From: Botryllus schlosseri
Lineage: Eukaryota
NCBI GenBank assembly: GCA_051294905.1
Contig: CM119371.1
Span: 11,534,001-11,598,000 of the forward strand
Reading direction: 5' to 3'
Length of the DNA: 64,000 nt
Shown: positions 26,651 to 38,599 of the stretch, piece after piece
Layout of the letters: the number at the start of each line of letters is the position of its first letter
Position numbering within the stretch: position 1 is the stretch's first letter
The notes under the pieces: model-generated
The model's database searches: none
Seen by the model: only the letters and a program-made list of their open reading frames with translations
Told to the model about the DNA's origin: nothing
Translations under genes and position numbers: made by a program

Positions 26651-27802
26651 GAGTGTCTTTATTTTGTACATACAAGCTAATGAAAAGCTAATTAAGCTAA
26701 TTAAGCTAATGAAAAGCTAATTAAGCTAATGAAAAGCTAATGAAGCTAATGGAAAGCTAATTAAGCTAATGAAAAGCTAATGAAAAGCTAATTAAGCTAA
26801 TGAAAAGCTAATGGAGTTATTGGAAAGCTAATTAAGCTAATGAAGAAGTAAGCTAATGAAAAGCAAGCTAATGAAAAGTTAATGAAGCTAATGAAAAGCT
26901 AATTAAGCTAATGAAAAAGAAAGCTAATGAAAAGCAAGCTAATGAAAAGCGACGGCACCTCTTTCGTCTCGATCGGACCACGGGGAGGGAAGTTATGGTC
27001 CGAAAACCAAAGTTCGGACTTAAATTTTCTTCGATTTCGTCCCCATGTTAAAGGATACGGAAGTTGGACTTATGCCGTTGTTTCTAAAAACAATTTCAAT
27101 TTTTTTTTCTATTCCTTTTTTTCGGGTATCGTTCGACGCAGCTCACGGCGTAGAACGCGACGACACACTCGGCGTGGCTCTAGGAGGTCGCAGAAAGATT
27201 TTAGATTTTAGATTTTTATCCTCGTTCTGTTATCAGGAGCTTGAATCGACTATCCGCTTAGCTCTACGACGCACAGGAGCCGAGATACGACGATTCGTGT
27301 TATAGCTCGGATCCTGTGAGGCCCAGCCCCTAGCCCGACTCCTCGTTGGAAGCGCCGTCGCGAGACGAATCCGCAGAAAAAATTATCCGGATTGGGTTAT
27401 CCGGAGCCGAGATATGTCCGGTCAAAGGGAAAAAAGCGACTTTCGATCGGCTCTGGAGGCCACACCGTTTGTCCGATCCAGATAATTTCTTCACAGGGCG
27501 TCGACTTCATTAGCTTACTTTTCATTAGCTTACTTTTTCATTAGCTTAATTAGCTTTTCATTAGCTTCATTAGCTTACTTTTTCATTAGCTTAATTAGCT
27601 TTTCATTAGCTTCATTAGCTTTTCATTAGCTTACTTTTTCATTAGCCTAATTATCTTTTCATTAGCTTCATTAGCTTTTCATTATCTTGCTTTTCATTAG
27701 CTTACTTTTTCATTAGCTTTCCATTAGCTTAATTAGCTTTTCATTAGCTTCAGTAGCTTTTCATTAGCTTTTCATTAGCTTGCATGTACAAAATAAAGGC
27801 AG
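26651..27802. mobile_element. Foldback-type DNA element with internally repetitive long TIRs
   Basis: Arms of about 300 bp built from AAGCTAATGAA/AAGCTAATT repeats in inverted orientation; unique outer TIR CTTTATTTTGTACAT. Duplication CCATACTTTC at 26641-26650 and 27803-27812; non-coding middle. Confidence 0.9.
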
Positions 27803-28468
27803 CCATACTTTCCGCAATGATCACAATTTCCATTAAATTTCGGTTTTCCACTCTTTCGTCTTGCATTGTTTCTTGCGTGGTACGCCTGTACAGACTCTTT
27901 CGGTCGAATCGATAGATCAGTTTGTACGCGCAGTAACAAATCATTTAACGAAAATCTCGGCTTGTTCTGTATCTCATTCAAAATATAGCTTCGAGTTACA
28001 TCAAGACTAGGAGGCAAGTGCTTGATCACTCCGAAAACTTGGTCGGTCTCGGCAACGGCACGACCCAAGCTTGCCATCCTTTGGAATAGCATTTGACATT
28101 CCTCAATTTTCTCAAGGACGTTCTTTTCCGTGAATGTCGGCAACATATCGATCTCCATTTTCAATGTGAGATAAAGCGTAGCATTCTGTGGTTCAAACTT
28201 CGCTTTCAAGGCATTCCAAATTTCCTTAGGATCATCGTGGTGATCTTCAGGTATAGTTGGTAACACGGATCCACTCAAGTTGCAAAGTAGAATTCCCGCG
28301 GCTTTCATTTTCATTTTTCTAGAGGCAGCTCCTTCTGCGGTGTCATTGCCCATAACACTATTCCACAACTCATTCGCCATGAGGAGGCCTTTCACTTGGA
28401 CTTTCCACGACGTTCAATTACTGTTTTTACCGCATTTCAGTTTATCTAGGCTTGAAATTGCTGACATT
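27803..28468 (-). pseudogene. gag: Copia gag N-terminal part
   Basis: LW.../KEIWNALKAKF/LPPS motifs, ending in CDHCGKYG at the foldback insertion. Confidence 0.85.
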
Positions 28469-29342
28469 GTGGCTGTAGACACGAGATTAACAATGGCGCA
28501 TAACCTTTGATGAACGATCTATCTTGACCTGATCCGTCGAGGCTTGAGAGATATCTTCAATCGAATTAATTTTTTTTTACAGAAGCAGATAATCTGTTCT
28601 TACAGCAGCAAGTAGCATCCAGCGTAGACAACATAGGAAAATTAACAGCAAGCACTAGCGAACACACAAACGCATTTATACACCACGTCTTAACCTAACA
28701 ATCAATCAAACAATCATTGACCTAATCAAAGGAGAGAAACAGAAATACTAAATGAGAGTTCACAGGTCATAAGTAATTAAAGCTTCGCAACAACATCTGC
28801 TTTAGTTGCTGAAGAGTGTTGTCAGGTATCGTGCGAACATCATAGTTGAAAATAGAATGAAAGTGATGATCATGTTTGTTTTTGTTGTATTTGTATTTCT
28901 TTAATAAAATATTATTTGTTTTGTGGTAACCATGCCCGTTTCCCATGTTAGAGAGAACAGCGTTGTACGTACGTAGTGTTATCAAAACGTGACTGTTAAA
29001 CTGAATTGCATATTTTCATTTAGATATTGAAGTTATGCGGACCGCCCCGCGGACTCAACGAATTTTGGAAAGTGGCTTGCGTCTCGTTTTGAGTTGGTGG
29101 GCCCTACCCTATACCCTTGACCAGACATTGCTTCATTGTTTTGCTATTATCGACTTTCTGTATTTCTTTAGAATACCAACCAATCGTTACAGCCAGATTG
29201 TATTGTATAGAGACGATGTTTCTTTTTTGTATTCAACAATTTTTGGCGCTTATCGCCGATAAAGTCATTTGCGCCCGATCATGAATATTGTCCTCTGTTT
29301 GGTGCTTTTTTGCGGACGACTTCGAGTCACAGTCTCATTCAC

Positions 29343-29347
<5 letters not shown>

Positions 29348-29383
<36 letters not shown>
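29348..29383. repeat. (CT)n microsatellite
   Basis: Pure dinucleotide run. Confidence 0.95.
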
Positions 29384-29386
<3 letters not shown>

Positions 29387-30010
29387 CGCGTCCTCGTCGG
29401 AGTCGGTTGCAGCCGATTTTTTTAAGCTCGACTTTACTTGCTTCATCTGAGCTTTTCGTACGACACTGCATATGCAGCGCGGTCAGCGATGAGGAGCCTA
29501 ATAGAGACGATGTACTTATTTGATGCGGATGTGGCCAAGCTAATTGACCTCTAAGGACGTATCGATTAGCTCCATCCTATACCGAATTGGCTACTGTGCT
29601 GCATGTTTTCTATGTCACCATTGTTGCCGTATGTTTGTTTTGTGTTTTGGTTGCATAAAAATTACGAGTCATTCTCTGATTCTCTCTCTTGCGCGCGTAA
29701 ACTACGTACAAAGTGAAGGTTTATGCAAAAATAACTCTGAAAACTGTTTAATTAGCTGGCTAATAAAAATAGCCTAAAGATTCCGGAGATTGCGTATAGT
29801 CTGACAAAAGAATGAATGTCGACTACGTGTACGTTAACCTGCGCTTCGTATCTTATCGTTAGATATATAGAGATACAAAGTGAAGATACAGATATTATTC
29901 TTGTATCATATCAGATATTATTCTAATATCTTTTCCTTATGAGAAGAAAAGCGGCACAGGATTAATCGACAGTAAATCAGTAGTTTCAATGGTTAAAATA
30001 CTCAACTCGC

Positions 30011-30346
30011 CTTCTCGCGATATTTTATTGCATTGAGCAATCGGATATCTTCAATCCGGAGGGCGATCTTATCAACCGAAGACAAAGTTACTTCCTCAAT
30101 GACTTCCACGTCAGCAATTACTGCTGCTTCGATCCATTTTGCAACATCCATTTTTCCGTGCTGAAAATGTGAAACAGAAGATCACATAGGCCTACTGTTA
30201 ATTTTATAAATTTAATTTAGCTTCACCTTTGATATTTTCGGCGCAACAATGCAACGCGAAACGGTAAATGATATATTTTGAAATGTTCGTCGCCACAAAT
30301 CGGCGTCGAACGAATCGAAATTAACTTCAATCCAAAAATTTAACAC
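30011..30346 (-). CDS. NLR repeat cassette 9 (A 30227-30346, B 30011-30160)
   Basis: A=VLNFWIEVNFDSFDADLWRRTFQNISFTVSRCIVAPKISK; B=HGKMDVAKWIEAAVIADVEVIEEVTLSSVDKIALRIEDIRLLNAIKYREK. Exon B ends at a GC donor (AAG|GCGAGT). Confidence 0.82.
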
Positions 30347-30485
30347 CTGAAAATGTAGAATCAATCGGTCTTTCACGTGTTGTAAACGAGATGAATGTGT
30401 AAGATACCACTATACAAAGATGACATACAGAATCCGAATCACAAATCACTAGTTTGTTATTGCTCAAATATGCAAAGTCAGTCAC

Positions 30486-30816
30486 CTTCTCGCGATATTC
30501 TATTGCATTCAGCAACCGGATATCTTCAATCTGGAAAACGACCCAATCAACTGAAGACATAGTTACTTCCTTGATGGCTGCTACATCTGCGATCTTTGCT
30601 GCTTCGATCCATTTAGCTACGTTTATTTGTCCATGCTAACGTGCAATACAGACGATATAATAATGTTACATTACATGGAATTTGATTCAACATTACCTCT
30701 GGTATTTCAGGTGCAACAATGCAACGCGCAGCTTCGAATGTCAAGTTTCGAAAGGTTTCTCGCCATAAATCCGCGTCGTACGAATCGAAGCAAACTTTCA
30801 TCCAAAGGTTTGATAT
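30486..30816 (-). CDS. NLR repeat cassette 8 (A 30697-30816, B 30486-30635)
   Basis: A=ISNLWMKVCFDSYDADLWRETFRNLTFEAARCIVAPEIPE; B=HGQINVAKWIEAAKIADVAAIKEVTMSSVDWVVFQIEDIRLLNAIEYREK. 61-bp intron. Confidence 0.83.
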
Positions 30817-32622
30817 CTTAAAACCATTACATGATCCATCGTACTTCGCCATACTTATGCTCAGGGCCAAAACAGAACTTCGTCACCCACCCCACACCAT
30901 TTGGGGATAAATCAAACTGAAAACCAGACCCTATCAGGATTTGCGTTTTCACCGCTACATGTGAGCGAGATTATTATACTAATTAGTGAGACGTTTATCG
31001 CCTAATCGCGCGATGCGCGACAATTTTCCATAATCCATGATTGAATCGGTCAATAATATTGAGAATTGCAGATACATCGCTATAATTTTTTTATCCTCTC
31101 TCTGCCCACGTATTCAGATTTGCCGGTAGAGCTGAGTGAGGTGTTGTCTTGAAAAATGGAGGGTCCGAAAATAATAATTAAACATATTGGGGCGGGCCCG
31201 TTGGTATAATGACTTCGCTACATGATGTTATTTCGTGACCTCCTGTCTGATATGTCAAAAGATATTGAAATCGCCCAAACGTACTGAACTAAAAGATGCA
31301 CGCGATTTCAGATCGGTATTTCATCACTGGCAAATAATTTTTCTCTGCAGGAGGGCATTTGTCCTGTAGGGCTCATATTGCACGGACAATAACATTCTAC
31401 GCTAGTCATTTAGTCGCCTATGGGCAATTAAACATATATATGTATATATCGAAGTTGTTAATCAATAAAGGCGGTCCTTTTCGGCCAAGGTTTGCTCACT
31501 ACCGATCGTTCCGGCACACTTCTCGGAGTCGCATGTTACATGGCCTAAAACTTGGTGCGTCGTGGCACAATAATGGTCGACTCCGAAATGCCCATGTCTA
31601 TAAATCATGCGTATTTTTTCTTGTGGGAAGGATACCCAATAATCGAGATATTTCGCAAGATTAAATCGCGCGGCGCGAAAAAAATTGAATAAAGTTTCAT
31701 GAATTTTCAAAAAATGCTCCGTCATTTATGATCATTCATGAAATGATTTTGGGACCCGTTGAGCTAGTGTTCCCCAATTGGGGGTTTGGGATGTGGCTGT
31801 TACGGTCCTGCTTATACTGAATGTGTGTAACATGCGTCAATAAATATTTGTGTCACTATATACACTGAAATAATATAGTAGTGTCAATGTTAGCTTCTTG
31901 TATGGAAATATGGCGAAGTAGACTGTAATAAATAGGCAATGTGGTTTGGGCTTAAAGTGGATCGTTCCCATGCTGCTGGAACGACACACCGAGTAATACG
32001 GGGAATTTCACCATTGTTTGTTAAATGTCTGTAATACATACTCATTTTTCAAAAGGTTCAGAGTAACGGGCTACATGAACTGCTTTAGCGAACTACAATC
32101 ACGGTTGTCATACATGAGCTTTGTTTCGCCAGGCTTTCACTGGCAGGGGTTTTATAAAAATACCAGAGAAACAGAGGATTAAATGATTGGTAGTTTTCTT
32201 AACTTCCTAATTTTGGAGTAATCATACGAAGAAGATATTTTGTGGATATACCACAAAAAGTACCAGGTGGGCTCATTTCGGCTCGAGCCTTCGTCGAGTA
32301 TAGACGTCTTGTTTTGCTCCTCAGTCAAGTAATCGTAGATGGCGTGTCAAATACTTATCGGTGAATAAGACCAGGATTTGATGGACCACTTAACATATGA
32401 CAGATTTCTGCGGTGAGGTATCCAAGAAACCGAGTAACTAGTAGGGCATACACTATAAACCTTTTCTTCCGTGTTGACGTTATGATATTGATTTCGGTGA
32501 CATTAAGCAATTTAAATTGAATTCTGATAGGAATATTCTCCCGTCACCGACAGAAATGATTATGGCCGGCACCGTGTATATTATAAGAACATAACGAATT
32601 TAGCAGTCTCGTAATTATTCAC

Positions 32623-32966
32623 CTTGAGAAATTCGATCGAGGAATTCGATCCAACCAATTTCTGAACATCTTCAATCTGAAGTGGAGTTACCTCATCGGA
32701 CTCTAACCAGACTTCGTTGACATAGGAGCCCGCGATCTCTGCTACAGATAGCCATGTTGTAACATCGATTTCCTCAACCTGAGGTGCGGAATAAGTATTA
32801 ATGCCTCACATACGATATTACCTCAAACTTATATTCATGGCACTTTTTCTGTTCGTGGTACTCGTACGAAGCACTGCATAACGGTAAAGCACATCCGATC
32901 AAACACCTGTGACCACGTCCTCTCATATGACGATTCCTTTTCTGGTTTTATCCACAATTTATTGAT
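32623..32966 (-). CDS. NLR repeat cassette 7 (A 32844-32966, B 32623-32778)
   Basis: A=INKLWIKPEKESSYERTWSQVFDRMCFTVMQCFVRVPRTEK; B=VEEIDVTTWLSVAEIAGSYVNEVWLESDEVTPLQIEDVQKLVGSNSSIEFLK. 65-bp intron with a weak GTGCCA donor. Confidence 0.8.
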
Positions 32967-34015
32967 CTGCATGAATTGAAAAAGGTTAGTGATCACTTGA
33001 TGTATCATGTTTCATCATATTCGGAACAACAATTTACGTCTTATGTGGACAGTCACCGTTCTAACAATGGCACCACCGCAACACAGTGAACATAACAATG
33101 GCCAGTTTTGTTAGAGATTGTTCGGAACAATGCCAATCGTCAGACTTTGAGAGTTGTTTTGACGTGGTTCCACTTCCCTGACAAGATTTTAATTTTAATT
33201 TTCAGAATCAGAGCGACAGTAGCTCTCGATTAAGACCAGTTCCATTAAATTTCAGCCCTCGGGTCGCAAGCTAGAACACCACCAATTATGCTGCTTTTAG
33301 ATTGCTCAGCAATAAGTGTAACTGCTTGCCAGAGCGTAACGACGGGCGTTGCGTACCCTATCTATCCGTAGGTTAATAATCTATACCGTAACCAAGTCGT
33401 TACGCATCTTGTATCCCAAACTAGGGCATGTGGTTCTAACTATCCCCTGTCGATTACCGACTGTCTCAAGGTCGGGAAGATGGGTATATTGGCAACAGTA
33501 AGGGTACCCGGCGTACAACTGCATACTAATCATTGTGTTTACCATTGGCCAATGATCCATCGTGGCTGCCCCACTAATAGAAGGAGACATAAGACGCTCG
33601 CAATTTAGGTTGAATTTTGATATGGTTGTCTTCGCACCACCAGAACATATGATCAGAACCCGGGGCTGGCGACTAATTATGTAATTCCAGATCACGCATG
33701 CAAATTGCGTCGCGGGCCAGACCAGTCGACTGATACTTGTTACCTCGTGCTCTTGCTTTTCATTTGAATACATAAAAAGCATAAATAGATTTTACTCGGA
33801 TCATTGCGTTTTTAAAGGAGCAAGTCGCAACACCTCTATTCGAGAACAATGGAATTGGCAAAATACGATGATTGTCCGGTTCAATACAATTAGGAACCGC
33901 TAAGACAGTGGCATTAACGACGATATGTAAGTTGGCATATTCTATGCTCCCTTTGATTGAGTCGTAATCTGGTGTTAGTCAGGCATATGCGTTGTGAGGA
34001 ATACAAGACATTTAA

Positions 34016-34633
34016 TTGAAAACGCAGACGTTGGAATTTGGTTTATTTTTATTAAACCGCGAGTCCGGTTTCCCTTATGTCTGGGGATATATTGGGTTGA
34101 AAGTGAGACAGCAGTGCGACCATAGATATTTCACCCGCTTTGAAAAGCAATTGATTTCAGTGGTCAAAAAGTGTTACGACAAAGTGAAAACCAACGTGAT
34201 TTTCACGACAACGCAACTGCTCCCTGCAACACGTAAAGACGTGCTACCCGCACTTCAGCAAACCAATGTAGTTTATGAATTTAAGTGTCACTGTGATTGT
34301 GGCTACGTGGGAAGAACGTCAATGCGCTTGCAGGAATGCATAAATCAGCATGTCCCTAGATTCATTAGAACACGCTCGGTGAAAAGCTCACCCTTAACTC
34401 ACCCGCTTAAGATTGGTACGGAACAATCAAAGGCCATAAATTCTGCAATTGGCAAACACTTGTTGGATAATCCCGCCTGTGCGAAAAATTATCGAGACGA
34501 CAGATTTCGCATACTCGGAAAGGGTCGCTCACACTTTCATTTGTGTGCCTTGGAGTCGACTTTTATCAAAATACACCAGCCAAGGCTGTGTCAACAAAAA
34601 GAGTTCGTGTATCATCTAAAAATAGTACATTGA
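34016..34633 (+). pseudogene. Penelope-like element, 5'-truncated, GIY-YIG endonuclease region
   Basis: VVYEFKCHCDCGYVGRTSMRLQECINQH, SAIGKHL, LESTFIKIHQPRLC. Confidence 0.85.
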
Positions 34634-34724
34634 ACGCTCTCGTATCCGACATTTCGTGCTGGTGACGTCATATTTTGTGTTACGATTGTTGATATACGCT
34701 GTTCTTTCGAATTCTCTACTAGTT

Positions 34725-34770
34725 GCTGACGATTACCTCTGACGAGTGTCAGCCGAAAATATTCGGCTTC
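34725..34770 (+). ncRNA. Candidate minimal type I hammerhead ribozyme in the Penelope terminal repeat
   Basis: CTGACGA-G(tgtcagc)C-GAAA-ATAT-TC core; palindromic helix III AATATT; upstream GCTGACG complementary to loop 2. Confidence 0.6.
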
Positions 34771-35071
34771 ATTTCAATATGAATATACTATTCAATTGTA
34801 TATTGAAGTTCTGTACCTCAAAGAAGCTGTTCAATTATATATTTGCGCAACTAATATATTTTCCTAGTAAACTGCATATATCGGTTCCGCATTGACGTTT
34901 TCGCTTCTATGAATAACTACTTTTTGGTCCAGATTTGTATAAAACTCTGAATTACTGTGCACTTTTGACCTTCTTCAAATTGGATGTCAATTTCGCCGAC
35001 TTGTTTCTAGTTGTAACTAGAGTGGAACCACAGCGCCGTAGCCGGATGGTTATAGCGGGGCCCATGAACAT

Positions 35072-35547
35072 TAGGGCTGTTCAAAAATAACTCCGTTTCC
35101 CGGATTCCAGCCATTCACTGAATAAATTGTCAGGATACCCAAAAAATCGCTGCACACCAAATTTGATTCAATTCTAATAAGTATAGGACTACGCTGATAC
35201 AATTAAAATTTGTAATTTATTAGGAAAAAATTTTAAAAAATAAATTCTGCCACCCCTATGATATTGTTGAGCTGTCTTCAAAGACGATGCAAAACAAATT
35301 TGAGTCAATTCCCACCAGTAGAAGTCGAGTTATGTGATTTTCTCGATGATAATCCTCGGATTATCCTTGATCGCTGGATAATCCTAGATTTATCAACGAA
35401 AAACTCAATAAATTAAAAATTTTAATTGGATCTGCGGAGTCCTATACTCGTTAGAATTGAACCAAATTTGGTGTGCAGCGTTTTTCAGGGTAACCTGATA
35501 ATTTAATAAGTTAATGGCTGGAATCCGAAAAAAATTGAACAGCCCTA
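35072..35547. mobile_element. Largely palindromic MITE
   Basis: TAGGGCTGTTCAA ends, long imperfect inverted arms, perfect 8-bp TSD ATGAACAT. A related decayed copy lies at about 3379-3841. Confidence 0.88.
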
Positions 35548-35848
35548 ATGAACATGGAAGTATTTCCTGTAAAAATCTCAACATTTGTATCAAATATAAG
35601 AATTTTTCAATCTAAATCTAAAATTGAATTGCGGGCCGGATGAAATCGTCTGGTGGGCTGGATGCAGCTCGCGGGCCTTATGTTTGATACCCCTGGCCTA
35701 GGCCAAGGTGGTTGTCTGATTTCAAAGATAACTCCAAGTTGTTTCGGCACCTTCCTAACTTTCCATTATATCGCAGCTTTGTGGTGTTTTGAAATGATGA
35801 AGATATTAATGAACTGATGCTGATATTGATACCGAACAAAACAAATAC

Positions 35849-36183
35849 CTTGCCCGAGAAATTCGAATCAATCAATCTCTGAAGATCTTCAATCCGAAGG
35901 GGAGTCATTTCGTCTGACTCTAAAAGAACTTTGCCTACGTTGTATCGGCCCGCGGTCTCAGCAGCAGAGACCCAAGTTGTCACATCGATTTCTTCCATCT
36001 GAAATTCGGAAGAAGCGATGCCTCATACACGGTATTACCGCTAATTTATATTCAAGTCACATTTTCTACTCGAGGTGCTCGCACATAGCAATGATCCACG
36101 GCAAAGCGCATCCGTTCCAATGCGCGTTCCCATTTTCTTTCACGTACCGATTCCCTATCTGGTGTTATCCATAATTTGTTGAT
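35849..36183 (-). CDS. NLR repeat cassette 6 (A 36061-36183, B 35849-35998)
   Basis: A=INKLWITPDRESVRERKWERALERMRFAVDHCYVRAPRVEN; B=MEEIDVTTWVSAAETAGRYNVGKVLLESDEMTPLRIEDLQRLIDSNFSGK. 62-bp intron. Confidence 0.83.
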
Positions 36184-36479
36184 CTAAATAAATTCAAATA
36201 CGTTCATGATGTGATAATGCATCAAACAAGACCGGTTCACGGCTGATTCCAATAAACATGTATTCAATACTCGAAATCATGTTGCAATATCGGTTATCAT
36301 CCGGACCCTTCCTTGCTTGACATAACATCACGTATAAATAATTTTAATATTAGTCATTCGTGATCATCAGTCGAAAACTGGCAATAAAATTTATTGACGG
36401 TTCTCGGAATTTCCTATGCCTATCCTACAAGTCCTCACTTGCAAATGTCGTCCCATATAGCTATTATTGTTGTGTAAAC

Positions 36480-36917
36480 TAGGGTTACCATACGTCCTCT
36501 TTTAACAGGATTTGTCCTCTTTTGACTTTTTTGAAAGTGTCTTCGGAGGACGCCCTTTTGTCCTCTTTTTTGAGATTTTGTCCTCTTTTTTGAAAATTTA
36601 GGTTAGATGTAGAGCAAATTGCGAGTGATATGCCCTAAATTAGCACAGAACTGACGCACCGGCGGGTATTTCGGAGTGAAAAACGGTTATTTGAGCTCTG
36701 GGCGGAAAGATGACCTTTTTTTTAGTCATCCACCTAGCAATGCGGGAACAAAAACGGTATTTTGAGCTCTGAGCGGAAAAGATGACCATATTTTTTAGTC
36801 AACCGATCACAAAGTGGGAAATATTCACCGGTTTTTGAGAATTCCTCTCCGGTTTTGCAAGTCTCAAATTTCTTAAAAAGTGTCCTCTTTTTAGATTTCC
36901 AAAATACGGTAAGCCTA
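36480..36917. mobile_element. hAT MITE (TAGGGTTACC ends, Blackjack-like)
   Basis: TSD GTGTAAAC/GTCTAAAC; TGTCCTCTTT subterminal repeats; second copy at 60285-60637. Confidence 0.8.
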
Positions 36918-37519
36918 GTCTAAACATAATAAATGTTCTGGTACAGTGTGTTCGATTCTCTGACTGACATAGTCAAAAAACAGGCACGTAAGCACTAGAC
37001 GCGTGTCGTATTCCTCCTTTTATAGTAGGCCATACAAGATGTGACCCGTACATGGCGTACATACATCTTACTGGAATATGAGCATCAGATATTGAAGACC
37101 TGGCCACACGGAATGGGGCACTCGAATGCGACATGCGAGTGTAGGAATACTAGAGATTAGGGTTGCCCATAATTTGGAAAATCTCAAAAATGATGCGTAT
37201 CCATAACTCATTCTATAGATCACACTGATCGACATTTTTCAATATTTTTTCTGCTTGTTTAGAACGATTATCCCTTATCAGCGCCGGTATTTTAGGTAAC
37301 TTAACCGTCACACACGTTGACAAATTGTCCGCCTGGCATTTCCTAATGTTTTTCAACGCAAAGACGTTGTCTTGTAGTGAATTTGATATTTAAGGGATTT
37401 TATGTTGATCAAACCTTTAGAAACGATCATTGATCCTAATTTGGAAGTCTGTTTAGCTTGAGCAAGTCAAAAATCTACAAAAATCACCAAATTTTCAATG
37501 TTTTCTTCCACTTCCGGAT

Positions 37520-38425
37520 GATGACTCCGGAACATGAAGTTGACGAACCTGCGGGGCTCGTGCACTCTCGAATCAAACTCACAACAGCCCTAAGGAAAAA
37601 ATGTGTATTTGGTCTGAAAGTGCATGAGCCCCGTCCTGGTCCGCTTACGTCCGGGTACGCGGGATGGATATGAAGAAAAGACGCCTACTTGAAAAACAAA
37701 CGCAAATTCTGCCAACATGCAGAAGATACTATGCGCCATACCTTCGCCGAATGGCAACTTACAAAAAACTGTTCTCTCTTGTAATACAGGATCTCGAGAA
37801 CGACCTGCAAACTACTATCGACGCTACACCCGACGAGATAATGCGCAACGTATACGACGGACCGCAAGCTCCGACCATAATAAAAGCCTTTATGAACGTG
37901 AAACCCTTGTGTGGGAATGGAAAAATGCACTCGACATCCAAAATGAATACGCCCAAAATATTGACCAACGCATCAATGATATAAGAAGTAAAATATACCG
38001 AAAAATTTAAGCGAGCCCACTGAACGCACCGATAAAACGAGATAAATTGTATCGTATTTATCGACCCACAAAACCCAACCACTCTAACCTCCCATCCAAT
38101 CCCACTCCACCCCACCCCCTAAACCCTTCCCCAGCCCATCTAACCCCCACCTCCCAAACCCCGCCACCACTCCGCACCGAATACCCAGCACCCAACCCAA
38201 TCCACAAACGCAAACGAGCGCCAGATACCGGCGGCTCCTACTACAGACCACGACTACAAATTTACATCGACTACAGCGAGATGAGATGGAACCGAGCGGC
38301 TAAGACCTCGACTACAAATCCAAATTCGGCGACGGCTGAGACGAGATGACCCGATGACGGGGAAAGATTTTCTTTATGAAATTATTGATATTTTATGTAC
38401 ATACTTGAATAAAAATCACTCAAAA
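37520..38425 (+). mobile_element. Possible decayed LINE (L1/Tx1-like) 3' end
   Basis: FCQHAEDTMRHTFAEW resembles the post-RT zinc finger; C-rich 3' UTR; AATAAA near 38408. Confidence 0.45.
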
Positions 38426-38599
38426 AGGGTACGTCAAAATCAGATTTAAGAATTAGGCTTCCTCCGTGATGCGCGATTCACAAAATACCGCCTTTGAAAT
38501 GTTAGTCACCTCAATAGCTGTCAGGTAAAATGCAAAGATACCTCAAATACGTGACTGGCCGTACTAAACTGGAAATGCCTTCAGAACTACATTCATTGC

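Larger units (their letters stand above)
23198..28792 (-). mobile_element. Ty1/copia LTR retrotransposon, degenerate
   Basis: 285-bp LTRs 23198-23482 and 28508-28792; TSD ACATC; PPT AAGAGAAGGAG (23483-23493). PBS GGTTATGCGCCA resembles the half-tRNAiMet PBS of copia. Order gag-PR-IN-RT-RH. Confidence 0.97.

Noticed and set aside
26672..27782. Repeat arrays as CRISPR or telomeric repeats
   Set aside because: There are no unique spacers or cas genes and the context is eukaryotic. The arrays are the inverted arms of a TSD-flanked element.
38047..38349. Proline-rich ORF
   Set aside because: It arises from C-rich low-complexity sequence in a probable LINE 3' UTR; the same applies to the poly-C ORFs at 55217-55596.
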